A stretch of 64,000 nt of DNA from Lachnospira sp. (GCA_045543195.1 JAZQME010000020.1:28637-92636); one strand, 5' to 3'; shown: positions 20,547 to 31,807, numbered from the stretch's first letter. Made by a program: numbers and translations. The notes: generated by a model from the letters alone, not told the origin.

Positions 20547-21875
20547 TTAATATGTATAATTCTCCGTCGCTGTTGCTGGATAAGCAGACTTATCCCAATA
20601 ATACCTATTAAAGCCTGTGCTCTTCATCCATGCCTGCAACTGTGCATCAGTACACATAAATCGCTCTCCGCCTCTTACATACTTTGTAGTATCAAAATGA
20701 TACCACCCTGTACCTACATTGCACATCACCCATACATGCGGAGAATCTGCCGCAGAACCCTTATTATCCACATACTTTACTTCTGCTCCAACACCTTCAA
20801 GCAAAGCCATAGATAAAGATGCATACATAATACAGTTACCATTAGTACTTCCGCTAGTCAATATCTCCTTAAGACCAACCGCTGCTTCCTGTTGCCATGT
20901 TCCTCCAGGCACTCTCACCTGAGTATATCTCATATGACCACCCTTATATATATAGTCATATATAGCTCTTATCTTCTGACCATCACTCATGGAATTGTCA
21001 ACTATCTGTACTAACAACTGCTTTGCCATATCCTGATAAGTTGCATCAGCTGCAACCACCACCTTAAATGTAAAAGTTGCCTCTGCTGTAGCACTGTTAC
21101 CAGCCTTATCTACAGCTGTATACTTAACCTTGTAACTTCCTGCCTTGTTCACATTGACACTTGATTTATCTACAGTAACGTCCACTTCACCATCAACATC
21201 ATCTGTCGCTGTAACACCCGAAAGATACATAACAACATCACCTATGGCAAATGTTTTATCCTTAACGCCTGTTATAACCGGAGCAACTGCATCTACAACT
21301 GTTGGCTTCTCGGTAGCTACCTCAGTTGATACATTTTCTATATCAGCGATTGTGCTATTAGCCTCCTCTGTCGTAGTCTGACCGGCATCCACTTCATTGA
21401 CAGGCTTAGAATCCTCATCAAACAACTGCGGAACAAGAATTATTAAAAGCACCAGGGCAACAATAGCAACAATTCCGCACGCCAACATAATAATAGTACT
21501 TCTTCTTTTTTCTCTTGCTCTCCACTCTGTATAACTTCCTACCTTATTATCAGGTATTATAATATCAGACTCCTCATCAAGCTCAATATCCGGTTCTTCA
21601 ACTACTTCTGTTTGTGCTACAGCTTCCGACTCTTCGACTGCTTCTACCTCTGCTACAGCTTCCATCTGTTCAGTTTCTTCCACTTCGGCCACAGCCTCCA
21701 CTTCTTCAGCCACTTCTACTTCGTCCACAACTTCCACTTCTTGAGCTTCTTCTACTTCGAACGCAACTCCTATCTCTTCTATCTCTTCTATCTCGTCCAC
21801 TTCTTCATCCGCATCTTCTATCTCAAACTCAAGCTCTAACTCCAGCTCTTCATTCTCACTATTATCTATGCTCAT
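20547..21875 (-). CDS. membrane protein with acidic N-terminal region, Ig-like (DUF5011-type) domain and transglutaminase-like cysteine protease core
   Basis: Start taken at MSIDNSENEE (ATG 21875). E/V/A-rich acidic repeats, one TM helix, and an Ig-like block DDVDGEVDVTVDKSSVNVNKAGSYKVKYTAVDKAGN. Cys-His-Asp triad context: GNCIMYA, HVWVM, HFDTT. Confidence 0.6.
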   Translation of the reverse strand: MSIDNSENEELELELEFEIEDADEEVDEIEEIEEIGVAFEVEEAQEVEVVDEVEVAEEVEAVAEVEETEQMEAVAEVEAVEESEAVAQTEVVEEPDIELDEESDIIIPDNKVGSYTEWRAREKRRSTIIMLACGIVAIVALVLLIILVPQLFDEDSKPVNEVDAGQTTTEEANSTIADIENVSTEVATEKPTVVDAVAPVITGVKDKTFAIGDVVMYLSGVTATDDVDGEVDVTVDKSSVNVNKAGSYKVKYTAVDKAGNSATAEATFTFKVVVAADATYQDMAKQLLVQIVDNSMSDGQKIRAIYDYIYKGGHMRYTQVRVPGGTWQQEAAVGLKEILTSGSTNGNCIMYASLSMALLEGVGAEVKYVDNKGSAADSPHVWVMCNVGTGWYHFDTTKYVRGGERFMCTDAQLQAWMKSTGFNRYYWDKSAYPATATENYTY

Positions 21876-22044
21876 AATAACCTCGCAATAATACGTTTTA
21901 ACATTGATTGCTAAACTAACAATACAACAATAATTATACGTTATACTATGAGCTTTTTCAACATTTTTCTTAACATCCGGACTTAATATAACAATCCTAT
22001 AAAACATAAAATGGGGTTGCTTTTGCAACCCCAAACTTAATCAT

Positions 22045-22269
22045 TTAAAACATACCTTTCAATTCCTGCATAAGCTCCATATCCGACTGTTGAATCTTCA
22101 TATTCGTAGTCATAGGGGCTTCGCCCGGTCTTGTAACAGTTATTTCAATTATGGTACCTTCCTCGATTCCTTTCGAAAATACCGCTTTTATAAAAGCAAA
22201 GAACTTAGGATGATTGGCTTCAAACTTGTTCTTTGCCGCCATAATCTTCATCATAGTTGCAGGATTCAT
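22045..22269 (-). CDS. small hypothetical protein (74 aa)
   Basis: ORF immediately downstream of the HD-GYP gene on the same strand. No recognisable motif. Confidence 0.4.
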   Translation of the reverse strand: MNPATMMKIMAAKNKFEANHPKFFAFIKAVFSKGIEEGTIIEITVTRPGEAPMTTNMKIQQSDMELMQELKGMF

Positions 22270-22297
22270 ATTAATCCGCCTTTCTTAACGTTCTAAC

Positions 22298-23506
22298 CTA
22301 ATAATTGTCATCTAACTGGCAACATCCTTCATCAATCATATTAATCATATGCGTAACCACTTCCGGATCAAACTGTGTTCCTCTGCCAGCGTCCAATTCC
22401 CTTACAATATCTTCCTGGGTAAGTCTGTTCCTATAGCACCTGTTAGTGCTCATTGCATCATATGCGTCTGCAACACAGATAATCCTTGCACACAACGGAA
22501 TTTCCTTACCTTTAAGGCCTTCCGGATAACCACTTCCATCATAACACTCATGGTGATACAAAGCGCCATCCCTAATACCCTTTATAGCAGTAAAACCTTC
22601 AAGAATCTTGCCGCCCATTATTGTATGTTCTTTAATCTTTAGACGTTCATCACTTTCAAGCCCCTGTGGCTTAGTCAAAACTTCATCCGGAACGCCTATC
22701 TTTCCACAATCGTGCATCAGACCGATGTACTCTAATTTAACAACTTCATCCTCAGACATTCTCATACGTCTTCCGATTTCTTTTGCATAATGCGCCACTC
22801 GAACTGAATGTCCCTTTGTGTATGTGTCCTTAGCATCGATAAATTCTGCAAACACCTTCATAGTCTGCGATATAATCTTAGCATCGTTTTCTCTAAGCTG
22901 ATTAAAATGTCTCATTCGAACATCTGATATGACAATAGAAGCTGCAACAATTATCCACAAAACAAAGGCTGTGAGCAATATCCAAAACAACTTATACTGC
23001 TGAAGCACCGTATGTCTATATCCAACAAACTGTACTTTCTCCAGCCTTATACGTTCCTCAGAAAGAATAACAAAGCCAAACGTCTTACGCTCTCCCGCTT
23101 CTATAGAATTCGTATTCTCATTCGGTGTTATTATAAGCTTATCACCTTCAACCGAATATGTTCCGTCTGTAAACTCATCAATCAGTGCATCCATAGGAAG
23201 TTCCACTACAAGTTTCCAATCAAAAACATCACCCATAAGGTCATTTCTGATAATTCCGCTATATTCAGCTCCGATACATTCAGTTTCCATTCCTTCATCA
23301 TTAACCCAGTAATCAACCTCCTTAAGTTGAAGGTTAATACCTGCATCATCGCTAAGTGTTTCATCTATAAGATTAATGTTAACTATATATTCACTTGTTG
23401 AGTCACTATCAATTGTATAATAGAGCACCATAGAAAATATGCCTATGACAACAAGTATAGCCATCATACATATCCATGTACTCCTTACCCTTTTGTGCCC
23501 TTTCAT
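22298..23506 (-). CDS. HD-GYP domain c-di-GMP phosphodiesterase with N-terminal membrane/periplasmic sensor region
   Basis: Two TM helices flank a roughly 140-aa extracytoplasmic region. HD motif LMHDCGKIG and HHECYDGSGYPEGL (HHExxDGxGYP). Confidence 0.85.
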   Translation of the reverse strand: MKGHKRVRSTWICMMAILVVIGIFSMVLYYTIDSDSTSEYIVNINLIDETLSDDAGINLQLKEVDYWVNDEGMETECIGAEYSGIIRNDLMGDVFDWKLVVELPMDALIDEFTDGTYSVEGDKLIITPNENTNSIEAGERKTFGFVILSEERIRLEKVQFVGYRHTVLQQYKLFWILLTAFVLWIIVAASIVISDVRMRHFNQLRENDAKIISQTMKVFAEFIDAKDTYTKGHSVRVAHYAKEIGRRMRMSEDEVVKLEYIGLMHDCGKIGVPDEVLTKPQGLESDERLKIKEHTIMGGKILEGFTAIKGIRDGALYHHECYDGSGYPEGLKGKEIPLCARIICVADAYDAMSTNRCYRNRLTQEDIVRELDAGRGTQFDPEVVTHMINMIDEGCCQLDDNY

Positions 23507-23583
23507 AGTTATCTCCTTCCACCTTAATCCAGTGGTATCTTATCATATCATACGTTTAATACATATGGTCATTTACCTACGGT

Positions 23584-23612
23584 ATTATAGCACATTTATA
23601 AACATTAAGCAA
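23584..23612 (-). promoter_or_regulatory. candidate sigma-A promoter for the HD-GYP gene
   Basis: Minus strand reads TTGCTT, a 17-nt spacer, then TATAAT. Confidence 0.45.
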
Positions 23613-23665
23613 TATTGGGATGTTAGTTTCTACCACCATACCAACCCACTAATCATCAGATGTTT

Positions 23666-24745
23666 TTATTCTTCGTTCATCTTCTCCAACTTAGCTGCCT
23701 GATCTGCTACAATACATGCATCAATAATTTCCTGAATATCACCATCCATAATCTTATCCAGCTTGTAAAGCGTCAAACCTATTCTATGGTCTGTAACTCG
23801 TCCCTGTGGGAAGTTGTATGTTCTAACCTTTTCAGAACGGTCACCTGTACCTATCTGACTTCTTCTGGCATCAGCCTCAGCATCGTGTGCTTTCTGAATC
23901 TCCATATCATAAAGCTTTGCTCTAAGAAGTGCAAATGCCTTCTCTTTATTCTGAATCTGCGACTTCTCTGTCTGTGAGTAAATTACAATACCCGTAGGGT
24001 AATGAGTAAGTCGCACCGCTGAATCAGTTGTATTGACACACTGACCACCATTACCTGAGGCTCTCATTACGTCAATACGTATATCCTTATCGTCAATGTG
24101 AATATCAACCTCTTCTGCTTCAGGCATAACAGCAACTGACGCTGTAGACGTATGAATTCTACCGCCTGACTCAGTCTCCGGTACTCTCTGAACACGGTGA
24201 ACACCACTTTCGTATTTCATAACAGAATACGCACCTGAGCCTTTCACCATAAACTCAACTTCCTTCATACCGCCGATACCTGTTTCATCAGCATTAACCA
24301 CTTCAATCTTCCAACCTCTTGACTCCACGTAATGTGTATACATTCTAAACAATTCTGCCGCAAACAATGCCGCTTCATCACCACCAGCACCGGCACGAAT
24401 CTCCACAATAATATCCTTTTCATCATTTGGATCTTTTGGTAAAAGCAGAATCTTAAGTTCCTTTTCCAACTCTTCGATTCTTTTTTTAGCCTCATTCAAT
24501 TCTTCCTTAGCCAGCTCTTTAAGCTCCTCATCTGACTCTTCATCAAGCATAATAAGGCTATCTTCAACTGTCTGCTTGCATCCCTTATACTCTGTAAATG
24601 CTGTTACAATAGGAAGAATATTATTCTGCTCCTTCATCAATCTGCGAAAACGATCCTGATTGTTAACCACATCCGGACTGCTAAGCTCCGCCGTTACATC
24701 TTCATATCTGTTAACAATATCTTCCAACTTGTCAAACATATCCAT
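23666..24745 (-). CDS. prfA: peptide chain release factor 1
   Basis: 359 aa with the GGQ motif ([16 protein letters not shown]) and the RF1-type PxT tripeptide (RVPETES). Confidence 0.95.
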   Translation of the reverse strand: MDMFDKLEDIVNRYEDVTAELSSPDVVNNQDRFRRLMKEQNNILPIVTAFTEYKGCKQTVEDSLIMLDEESDEELKELAKEELNEAKKRIEELEKELKILLLPKDPNDEKDIIVEIRAGAGGDEAALFAAELFRMYTHYVESRGWKIEVVNADETGIGGMKEVEFMVKGSGAYSVMKYESGVHRVQRVPETESGGRIHTSTASVAVMPEAEEVDIHIDDKDIRIDVMRASGNGGQCVNTTDSAVRLTHYPTGIVIYSQTEKSQIQNKEKAFALLRAKLYDMEIQKAHDAEADARRSQIGTGDRSEKVRTYNFPQGRVTDHRIGLTLYKLDKIMDGDIQEIIDACIVADQAAKLEKMNEE

Positions 24746-24761
24746 AACTTTCTTCTCCTAA

Positions 24762-25610
24762 TTAAATCATCTTTCCCATCACAACTCTGTCATGTCCTGC
24801 ATAGTCTTTAACTACTTTTATATCCGTAAAGCCTGATGCACTCATAATACCGCACACAGCCTCAGCCTGATTGTAGCCAATTTCATATATAAGCCAACCA
24901 TTCTTTTTAAGAAAATCTTTAGCAGACTCACTAATACTCCTATAAAAATGTAAACCATCCTCATATCCGTCAAGTGCCATAATTGGATCAAACATTTTTA
25001 CTTCATCAGAAAGAGTCTCTATTACAGCAGATTCAATATACGGCGGATTAGATACAATCATATCAAACTGCATATTGTTTTCTCCACTGCTAAATTCCGT
25101 AAACAAATCACTTTTCACAAGTTCAACACTTGCTTCCAGTTTACGGACATTAACCTCTGCAACATTTAAAGCAGCCTGTGAGACATCCACGCCAACTGCC
25201 CTTTTCAGTTTTCTCTCCAGTGCCAATGTAATTATTATGCACCCTGAACCGGTACACATATCAAGCACATCTGTACCATCTGCCAACACATTTAACGCTT
25301 GCTCTACAAGTATCTCCGTATCAGCACGTGGAACCAAAACATCTTTGTTTACAACATATTCTCGCCCATAGAACCACGCCTTGCCCAATATATGCTGTAA
25401 CGGCTCATGCTTACACCTGCGTTCTATAAATTCCATAAAAGCTTCATAATGTTGAGGTGCTACTTCATGATTACCCCTTACCAGATAATCTGTTCTTGTG
25501 ATACCTGTGATCTCCGAAAAAAGTGCAAAACTGTCATATTCAGGATTGTCAATACCACAATCTTTAAGCTTTCCAGCCCCTGTTTTTACTGCTTCAACAA
25601 CACTTATCAT
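24762..25610 (-). CDS. prmC: release-factor glutamine N5-methyltransferase PrmC (HemK)
   Basis: SAM motif LDMCTGSGCI and catalytic NPPY. Canonical position upstream of prfA. Start taken at MISVVEAV. Confidence 0.88.
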   Translation of the reverse strand: MISVVEAVKTGAGKLKDCGIDNPEYDSFALFSEITGITRTDYLVRGNHEVAPQHYEAFMEFIERRCKHEPLQHILGKAWFYGREYVVNKDVLVPRADTEILVEQALNVLADGTDVLDMCTGSGCIIITLALERKLKRAVGVDVSQAALNVAEVNVRKLEASVELVKSDLFTEFSSGENNMQFDMIVSNPPYIESAVIETLSDEVKMFDPIMALDGYEDGLHFYRSISESAKDFLKKNGWLIYEIGYNQAEAVCGIMSASGFTDIKVVKDYAGHDRVVMGKMI

Positions 25611-25614
25611 ATTA

Positions 25615-26988
25615 TCACTCAGTTCTTCTTTGTTTAAACACAGCGATTTCCTCTGCGTAAGCATCTTCCTCAGTTTCTAATGCTTCATCATCCTCAAACA
25701 CAAAGCCATCATCGTCATCATCATAACGACTATCATCCGAATCAACCGAACCAGTCATATCAGCTTCATCAGTCACATCGTTCTCATCAGCCTCATAATC
25801 TGTGTCCTCTACATAATCTGACTCATCCGTTTCTGTGTCACGCTCAACATTCTCTGACATCTCATAAGCCATATCTGCATATACATTAACACGCTTGTTC
25901 TTAGAAACATTATTGAAGAAGCTCTCATCATCTTCCTCTGATGCATCATCCTTTTCGAATTTTATAACTCTTGACTTGTTGTCATCATGGATGTTAAGAC
26001 TTGTGGCTAGCGCCATTTCTGCTTCCACACGCTCAAGTTCACCTTCCATATCTTCAACGCCATCATAATACTCTTCCAAAAACGCATCAACATCAAACAC
26101 TGCTTCAACAGCCTTTATAGCAACTTCTATCATATCTTTGTCAGGCTCTTTTGTTGTAAGCTTTTGGAACCACATACCAGGCACACTGATTACATTAACA
26201 AACTTATTATCATGCTTACCTGCAAGCTTTATTATTTCATAGGATACACCAGCAATAACCGGAACAAGTAACAATCTTATTACCAACTGTAATACAGTAT
26301 TGTTAACTCTAATAAATATGAAAAATATAGCACTTATAATAATAACGAGGAACATAAAACTTGTTCCACATCTCTTATGATATCTTGAACTGCGTTTAAC
26401 ATTGTCAACCGTAAGACGGCAACCATTCTCTATACAATTAATACACTTATGCTCTGCACCATGATACATAAAAGTTCTCTTTATATCCTTCATCTGTGAT
26501 ATAAGAATTATATATACAAAGAAAATAGCTAATCTCACAAGCCCCTCTACAAAATTGAGAAAAACCTCTGAAGCAACCTTTTGTGCTAAAAGCCTTGATA
26601 TAAAGTAAGGCAAAACCATAAACAAGCCAACTGCCAATACCACTGCAAGTATTACTGTTCCTGCCATAAGCACTGACTCTAACTTATCCTTAAATACTGC
26701 CTCTCCAACCTTGTCAACTTTTGTATCTTTCTGATCTTCAGGGTCATCATAAAATGACGCTGAATAACTGATTGTTGACACCCCTGTAACAAGAGAATCG
26801 ACAAAGCTTATAACACCTCTGATTATAGGAACATTAAGCCACTTAAACTTATCTGTAAGCAACTTATTCTCCTTTACCAACAATTCAATCTCTTTATCAG
26901 GCTTTCTTACTGCTATGGCATATTTATCCTTGTTACGCATCATTATGCCTTCGATTACTGCCTGACCACCAATCCCTGAAGTTTTCAT
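25615..26988 (-). CDS. DUF1385 (YqhQ-like) membrane protein with about 150-aa acidic C-terminal extension
   Basis: GIGGQAVIEGIMMRN start, the HGAEHK motif, and TM helices. The C-terminal third is a D/E-rich low-complexity tail. Conserved synteny with prmC-prfA. Confidence 0.7.
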   Translation of the reverse strand: MKTSGIGGQAVIEGIMMRNKDKYAIAVRKPDKEIELLVKENKLLTDKFKWLNVPIIRGVISFVDSLVTGVSTISYSASFYDDPEDQKDTKVDKVGEAVFKDKLESVLMAGTVILAVVLAVGLFMVLPYFISRLLAQKVASEVFLNFVEGLVRLAIFFVYIILISQMKDIKRTFMYHGAEHKCINCIENGCRLTVDNVKRSSRYHKRCGTSFMFLVIIISAIFFIFIRVNNTVLQLVIRLLLVPVIAGVSYEIIKLAGKHDNKFVNVISVPGMWFQKLTTKEPDKDMIEVAIKAVEAVFDVDAFLEEYYDGVEDMEGELERVEAEMALATSLNIHDDNKSRVIKFEKDDASEEDDESFFNNVSKNKRVNVYADMAYEMSENVERDTETDESDYVEDTDYEADENDVTDEADMTGSVDSDDSRYDDDDDGFVFEDDEALETEEDAYAEEIAVFKQRRTE

Positions 26989-27030
26989 ATATACTCCTTT
27001 ACTTGTGTGCAAACACCTACAATTACCGCA

Positions 27031-27069
27031 AAAAAAGCAAAAAAGGTTGAGGTATTCAGCCTCAACCTT
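27031..27069 (-). terminator. intrinsic terminator after rpmE
   Basis: Minus strand reads AAGGTTGAGG-loop-CCTCAACCTT followed by TTTTTGCTTTTTTT. Confidence 0.8.
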
Positions 27070-27084
27070 ATTGAATAGTTAAAA

Positions 27085-27291
27085 TTAGTTGCTCTGTACA
27101 CCGTACTTCTTGTTGAACTTATCAACACGGCCACGTGTTGCAGTAGCCTTCTGCTGTCCTGTGTAGAAAGGATGGCACTTTGAACAGATTTCAACGTGAA
27201 TTTCTTCCTTTGTTGAGCCTGTAACAAACTCATTACCACAGTTGCAAACAACCTTTGCCTGATAGTACTCTGGATGGATTCCTTCTCTCAT
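27085..27291 (-). CDS. rpmE: 50S ribosomal protein L31 (Zn-ribbon type A)
   Basis: 68 aa, starts MREGIHPEY, with CNCG...[10 protein letters not shown] cysteines. Confidence 0.95.
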   Translation of the reverse strand: MREGIHPEYYQAKVVCNCGNEFVTGSTKEEIHVEICSKCHPFYTGQQKATATRGRVDKFNKKYGVQSN

Positions 27292-27380
27292 GATTTCACC
27301 TCTTCATAATCTTTTATTATTGTCATTGCAAGACTTAATCTTACAAAGTAATCTCTTAGTCTTCAATAAGCAGCTTTGAT

Positions 27381-27409
27381 ATTGTAACATAATCAAAATA
27401 TATATGCAA
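27381..27409 (-). promoter_or_regulatory. candidate sigma-A promoter for rpmE
   Basis: Minus strand reads TTGCAT, a 17-nt spacer, then TACAAT. Confidence 0.45.
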
Positions 27410-27494
27410 GTAGTTTTTTACATTTTAATCACAAATGTTTCAACCCTTGAAATAACTGGCCTTGCTGGTGTTATTATATATTCTGATATGTATA

Positions 27495-28895
27495 TTACAC
27501 CGTACCTCTCTTGATAATTGTTTGTACAAACTCTCTGTTATCCTTAGTCTTTACAAACAAATCAAGAATACGTTCAGCTGCCTCATCAGTCTTAAGCCCA
27601 TTAAGCGCCTTGCGCATAATATCAACAGCCTGTCTTTCTTCCTTGTCCAACAACAAATCCTCTCTTCTTGTGCTGGACTTAGCAATATCAATGGCAGGGA
27701 ACACTCTCTTTTCTGACAGTTTTCTATCAAGAACGATTTCCATATTACCTGTACCCTTGAATTCCTCGAAAACAACATCATCCATTTTACTTCCTGTCTC
27801 AACAAGTGCAGTAGCAAGAATTGTAAGACTTCCGCCTTCACGCATATTTCTTGCCGCACCAAAGAAACGCTTTGGCATATGTAACGCTGCAGGGTCAAGA
27901 CCACCCGAAAGTGTACGTCCACTTGCCTGAACAGTAAGGTTATATGCTCTGGCAAGTCGTGTAATACTATCAAGAAGTATAATAACATCTTCTTTCTGCT
28001 CTACAAGACGCTTTGCTCTCTCAATAACCATCTCAGAAACTCTCTTGTGACGCTCCGGAAGTTCGTCAAACGTTGAATATATAACCTCTACATTGTCGCC
28101 CTTAATAGACTCTTTAATATCTGTAACTTCCTCCGGACGTTCATCTATAAGAAGAATGATAAGATGCATTTCCGGATTATTTCTTGTTACCGCATTGGCA
28201 ATCTGCTTAAGGAGTGTTGTTTTACCTGACTTTGGCTGTGAAACAATCATACCTCTCTGGCCCTTACCTATAGGCGAAATGAGATCTACCATACGCATAG
28301 CAGTTGTATTGACATTTTTCTCAAGATGAATTCTCTCATTAGGAAAAATAGGTGTAAGACTCTCAAAAGCAGGTCTTCTTATAGCCACAGATGAATCCTG
28401 CCCGTTAACACTTTCAAGATACATAAGCGCTGAGAACTTGTCTCCAGCTGACTTTAATCTCTTTGGTCCTCTTATAATATCACCGGTCTTTAAGTTAAAC
28501 TTTCTAATCTGCGATGGTGATACATAAACATCATTCTCTCCCGGAAGAAAATTCTCACATCTTATAAAACCATAACCTTCCGGCATAACCTCTAAGATAC
28601 CGTCCGCTATCTCTATGTTCTTGGCATCCTGCCTATCACTTGATGTAGCTTCTCCACCCTGCACAATCTTTTCTTGTTGCTCTACATTACGCACACGCTC
28701 TTTTACTTCCGGCTTGTTGTCTTTTTGTTCCTTCGGCTGTTCCTGCTGTCTCTTTTCTTTCTGTTCTGCCGCATCAGCTTCAAGAATGGCATCAATCAGC
28801 TCACTTTTTCGCATAGCAGATATATTCTTAATATTCTTATCCTTTGCGAAATCCTTTAAAACACTCAATGATAACGTTTCAAGTTTAGCTCTCAT
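27495..28895 (-). CDS. rho: transcription termination factor Rho
   Basis: 466 aa. N-terminal Rho_N helix, K/E/Q-rich insertion, cold-shock-like RNA-binding block [14 protein letters not shown], and P-loop PKSGKTTLL. Confidence 0.95.
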   Translation of the reverse strand: MRAKLETLSLSVLKDFAKDKNIKNISAMRKSELIDAILEADAAEQKEKRQQEQPKEQKDNKPEVKERVRNVEQQEKIVQGGEATSSDRQDAKNIEIADGILEVMPEGYGFIRCENFLPGENDVYVSPSQIRKFNLKTGDIIRGPKRLKSAGDKFSALMYLESVNGQDSSVAIRRPAFESLTPIFPNERIHLEKNVNTTAMRMVDLISPIGKGQRGMIVSQPKSGKTTLLKQIANAVTRNNPEMHLIILLIDERPEEVTDIKESIKGDNVEVIYSTFDELPERHKRVSEMVIERAKRLVEQKEDVIILLDSITRLARAYNLTVQASGRTLSGGLDPAALHMPKRFFGAARNMREGGSLTILATALVETGSKMDDVVFEEFKGTGNMEIVLDRKLSEKRVFPAIDIAKSSTRREDLLLDKEERQAVDIMRKALNGLKTDEAAERILDLFVKTKDNREFVQTIIKRGTV

Positions 28896-29219
28896 ACTAA
28901 CCCTCCTACTTTCTTTATTTTGTTATTCCCAAAACACGACACAATATTTTTATTCCTAAAATCGCGACACACGCTTGAATCGCTTGTTTTATGTAATTAG
29001 TTTATGGGGAAAATTATCGAAATGATTGTATAGAAATTAATTTAACGTGGTCATTATACAACATCAAAACATTTTTTTCAATATATATGCAAATTTTTTA
29101 CTATTTTTTAATTAACAAGTGACGGTAATTGTTTCTTGCCGATGCATTATCAATGTGTTATTATTTACAAAGATATTTATATATGTTTATAACACTATAT
29201 CGAAAGGATGAATTAAATC

Positions 29220-30374
29220 ATGACTAATGCAGAAAAAGCACTTATGCTTCATGAAGAATGGAATGGCAAGTTTGAAACCACAGCCAAGATGGATATAAAA
29301 ACAAGAGAGGATTTGGCACTGGCTTACACACCTGGAGTTGCAGAGCCTTGCAAAGTAATTGCCAACAATAAAGAAGCCGCTTATAAATATACAATCAAAG
29401 CTAACACCGTTGCTGTTATATCTGACGGCAGTGCTGTTTTAGGACTCGGCAATATAGGTGCTCACGCAGCAATGCCTGTTATGGAGGGCAAGGCAGTTCT
29501 TTTTAAAGAATTCGGCGGCGTCAATGCTATACCAATCTGCTTAGATACTCAAGATACAGAAGAAATCATAAAAACTATTGTTAATATTGCCCCTGCTTTT
29601 GGAGGCATTAACCTTGAAGACATCTCTGCTCCGAGATGTTTCGAAATTGAAACACGACTAAAAGAAATATTGGACATTCCTGTATTTCATGATGACCAGC
29701 ATGGTACAGCTATCGTAGTTCTTGCCGGTATAATCAATGCACTTAAAGTAACAGGTAAAAATAAGGAAGATTGCCGTGTCGTAATTAATGGGGCAGGTTC
29801 TGCCGGAATTGCCATCACTAAACTTTTACTGACATACGGCTTTGAAAATGTTACTATGTGCGACAAAATCGGTATTCTTTACAAGGGATGCGAAGGTCTT
29901 AACTGGATGCAGGAATCCATGATGGATGTAACTAACTTAACAGGCAAGACTGGCACATTAGCAGACGCTTTAGTTGGCGCTGATATTTTTGTAGGTGTAT
30001 CAGCACCTAACATCGTAACTGCAGATATGGTTGCCTCTATGAATAAAGACGCAATTCTCTTTGCTATGGCTAATCCGGTTCCTGAAATCATGCCTGATGT
30101 AGCAAAGACCGCCGGTGCCCGTGTAGTAGGAACCGGTCGCTCTGACTTCCCTAATCAGGTTAACAATGTTATCGCATTTCCTGGAATCTTTAAGGGTGCT
30201 TTGGAAGGTCGCGCCCCTCAGATTACAGAAAAGATGAAATTGGCTGCAGCATTAGCCATTGCCGGACTAGTTTCCGATGATGAATTAAGCGATGTCAATA
30301 TTCTTCCTGCTGCATTTGACCCACGTGTGGCTGATGTAGTAAGCGAGGCAGTAAAAGCTCACATTGCAAAATAA
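29220..30374 (+). CDS. NAD(P)-dependent malic enzyme (oxaloacetate-decarboxylating malate dehydrogenase)
   Basis: 384 aa short-form malic enzyme with LALAYTPGVA, VISDGSAVLGLGNIG, FHDDQHGTA and GAGSAG dinucleotide motifs. Confidence 0.9.
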   Translation: MTNAEKALMLHEEWNGKFETTAKMDIKTREDLALAYTPGVAEPCKVIANNKEAAYKYTIKANTVAVISDGSAVLGLGNIGAHAAMPVMEGKAVLFKEFGGVNAIPICLDTQDTEEIIKTIVNIAPAFGGINLEDISAPRCFEIETRLKEILDIPVFHDDQHGTAIVVLAGIINALKVTGKNKEDCRVVINGAGSAGIAITKLLLTYGFENVTMCDKIGILYKGCEGLNWMQESMMDVTNLTGKTGTLADALVGADIFVGVSAPNIVTADMVASMNKDAILFAMANPVPEIMPDVAKTAGARVVGTGRSDFPNQVNNVIAFPGIFKGALEGRAPQITEKMKLAAALAIAGLVSDDELSDVNILPAAFDPRVADVVSEAVKAHIAK

Positions 30375-30383
30375 TAAGTAATT

Positions 30384-31274
30384 ATGAGACCACATTATTA
30401 TTCTCTTAACGAATACTTAAAAGAAACTTATGGCGAAAAATTATACAAACTATCACTAAACGGAGGTATGACCTGCCCTAACAGGGATGGTCGTATTGAC
30501 ACACGGGGCTGCATATTTTGCAGCGCCGGTGGTTCCGGCGATTTTGCAGATAATGATATTGACAGCGCAAAGGCACTAATATCCCAAAAGTATAATGGCT
30601 CTTCCTATATCGCCTACTTTCAATCATACACTAACACCTATGCCGATACAGAATATTTGCATAGGCTTTTTTATCCCGTAATTATGCGAGATGATATAAA
30701 GATACTTTCTATTGCCACAAGACCTGATTGTCTGTCCGATGATATTTTAGCATTATTAAGCGAATTAAATCAGATTAAACCTGTGTGGGTAGAATTAGGA
30801 CTTCAGACAATCCACAAAAGAACCTCTGACTATATACGACGTGGCTACGAGCTACCTGTATATGACAAAGCCATAAAAGACTTACTAAATATCGGTATAA
30901 AGCCGGTGGTTCACATAATCCTTGGTTTGCCCGGTGAAACTAAGTCTATGCTTTTAGACACTGCCAGATATGTATCGAATTCCGGGGCTTGGGGCATCAA
31001 GCTTCAGCTTCTGCATGTTTTAAAAGGTACAGACTTAGCCACAGACTACAAATCAGGCTTATTTGATACACTTTCGTTAGAAAACTACACTGAATACCTT
31101 TCGGAAATCGTGGAACTTTTGCCTCCTGATATGGTAATCCACCGTCTCACAGGCGATGGTCCTAAGAATCTTTTACTGGCACCTTTATGGAGCACTAATA
31201 AAAAACATGTTTTGAACACAATCAACACTCACTTTAAAACAAATAATATTATTCAAGGACGGAATTATCAATGA
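30384..31274 (+). CDS. TIGR01212-family radical SAM protein
   Basis: CPNRDG...GCIFCS cluster region and about 296 aa, typical of this family. Confidence 0.75.
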   Translation: MRPHYYSLNEYLKETYGEKLYKLSLNGGMTCPNRDGRIDTRGCIFCSAGGSGDFADNDIDSAKALISQKYNGSSYIAYFQSYTNTYADTEYLHRLFYPVIMRDDIKILSIATRPDCLSDDILALLSELNQIKPVWVELGLQTIHKRTSDYIRRGYELPVYDKAIKDLLNIGIKPVVHIILGLPGETKSMLLDTARYVSNSGAWGIKLQLLHVLKGTDLATDYKSGLFDTLSLENYTEYLSEIVELLPPDMVIHRLTGDGPKNLLLAPLWSTNKKHVLNTINTHFKTNNIIQGRNYQ

Positions 31275-31789
31275 ATACAGACACAACTACACTATATAAG
31301 CTAATGGTGCTATATATGCTTGACAAGGTTAATTTTCCTCTGTCAAACAGCCAGATATCAGAATTTGTATTGAATCATCAGTACACTAACTACTTTACTC
31401 TTCAGGAAGTAATTAATACACTAGTAACAGATAATTTTATAACTGTACTTAACTATCGCAATAGTACACAATACAAGCTCACTCCTGAAGGCTCAGAAAC
31501 CATATCATTCTTTTCAGGGAAAATATCTCCGGGCATCCGTGAAGATATCGATAATTATCTTAAAGAAAACAGCTATGAGTTAAAGTGCGAAACCAACACC
31601 ACATGCGATTACTATCGCTCCACAAACGGTGATTATATCGTGCACTGCCAGGTTAAAGAAGGTAATACTACGCTCATTGAATTAAACTTATCAACTCCAC
31701 TTGAAAGTCAGGCCGATTCTATGTGCGCCAAGTGGAAAGATGCCAGTCAGGAAATATACGATTATGTAATGCATAAACTTATTAATTAA
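31271..31789 (+). CDS. DUF4364 family (PadR/wHTH-like) protein
   Basis: 172 aa. Overlaps the upstream stop by 4 nt. N-terminal LYKLMVLYML...LSNSQISEF winged-helix-like region. Family call from memory. Confidence 0.5.
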   Translation: MNTDTTTLYKLMVLYMLDKVNFPLSNSQISEFVLNHQYTNYFTLQEVINTLVTDNFITVLNYRNSTQYKLTPEGSETISFFSGKISPGIREDIDNYLKENSYELKCETNTTCDYYRSTNGDYIVHCQVKEGNTTLIELNLSTPLESQADSMCAKWKDASQEIYDYVMHKLIN

Positions 31790-31807
31790 TCAATTCATAT
31801 ATTATAA

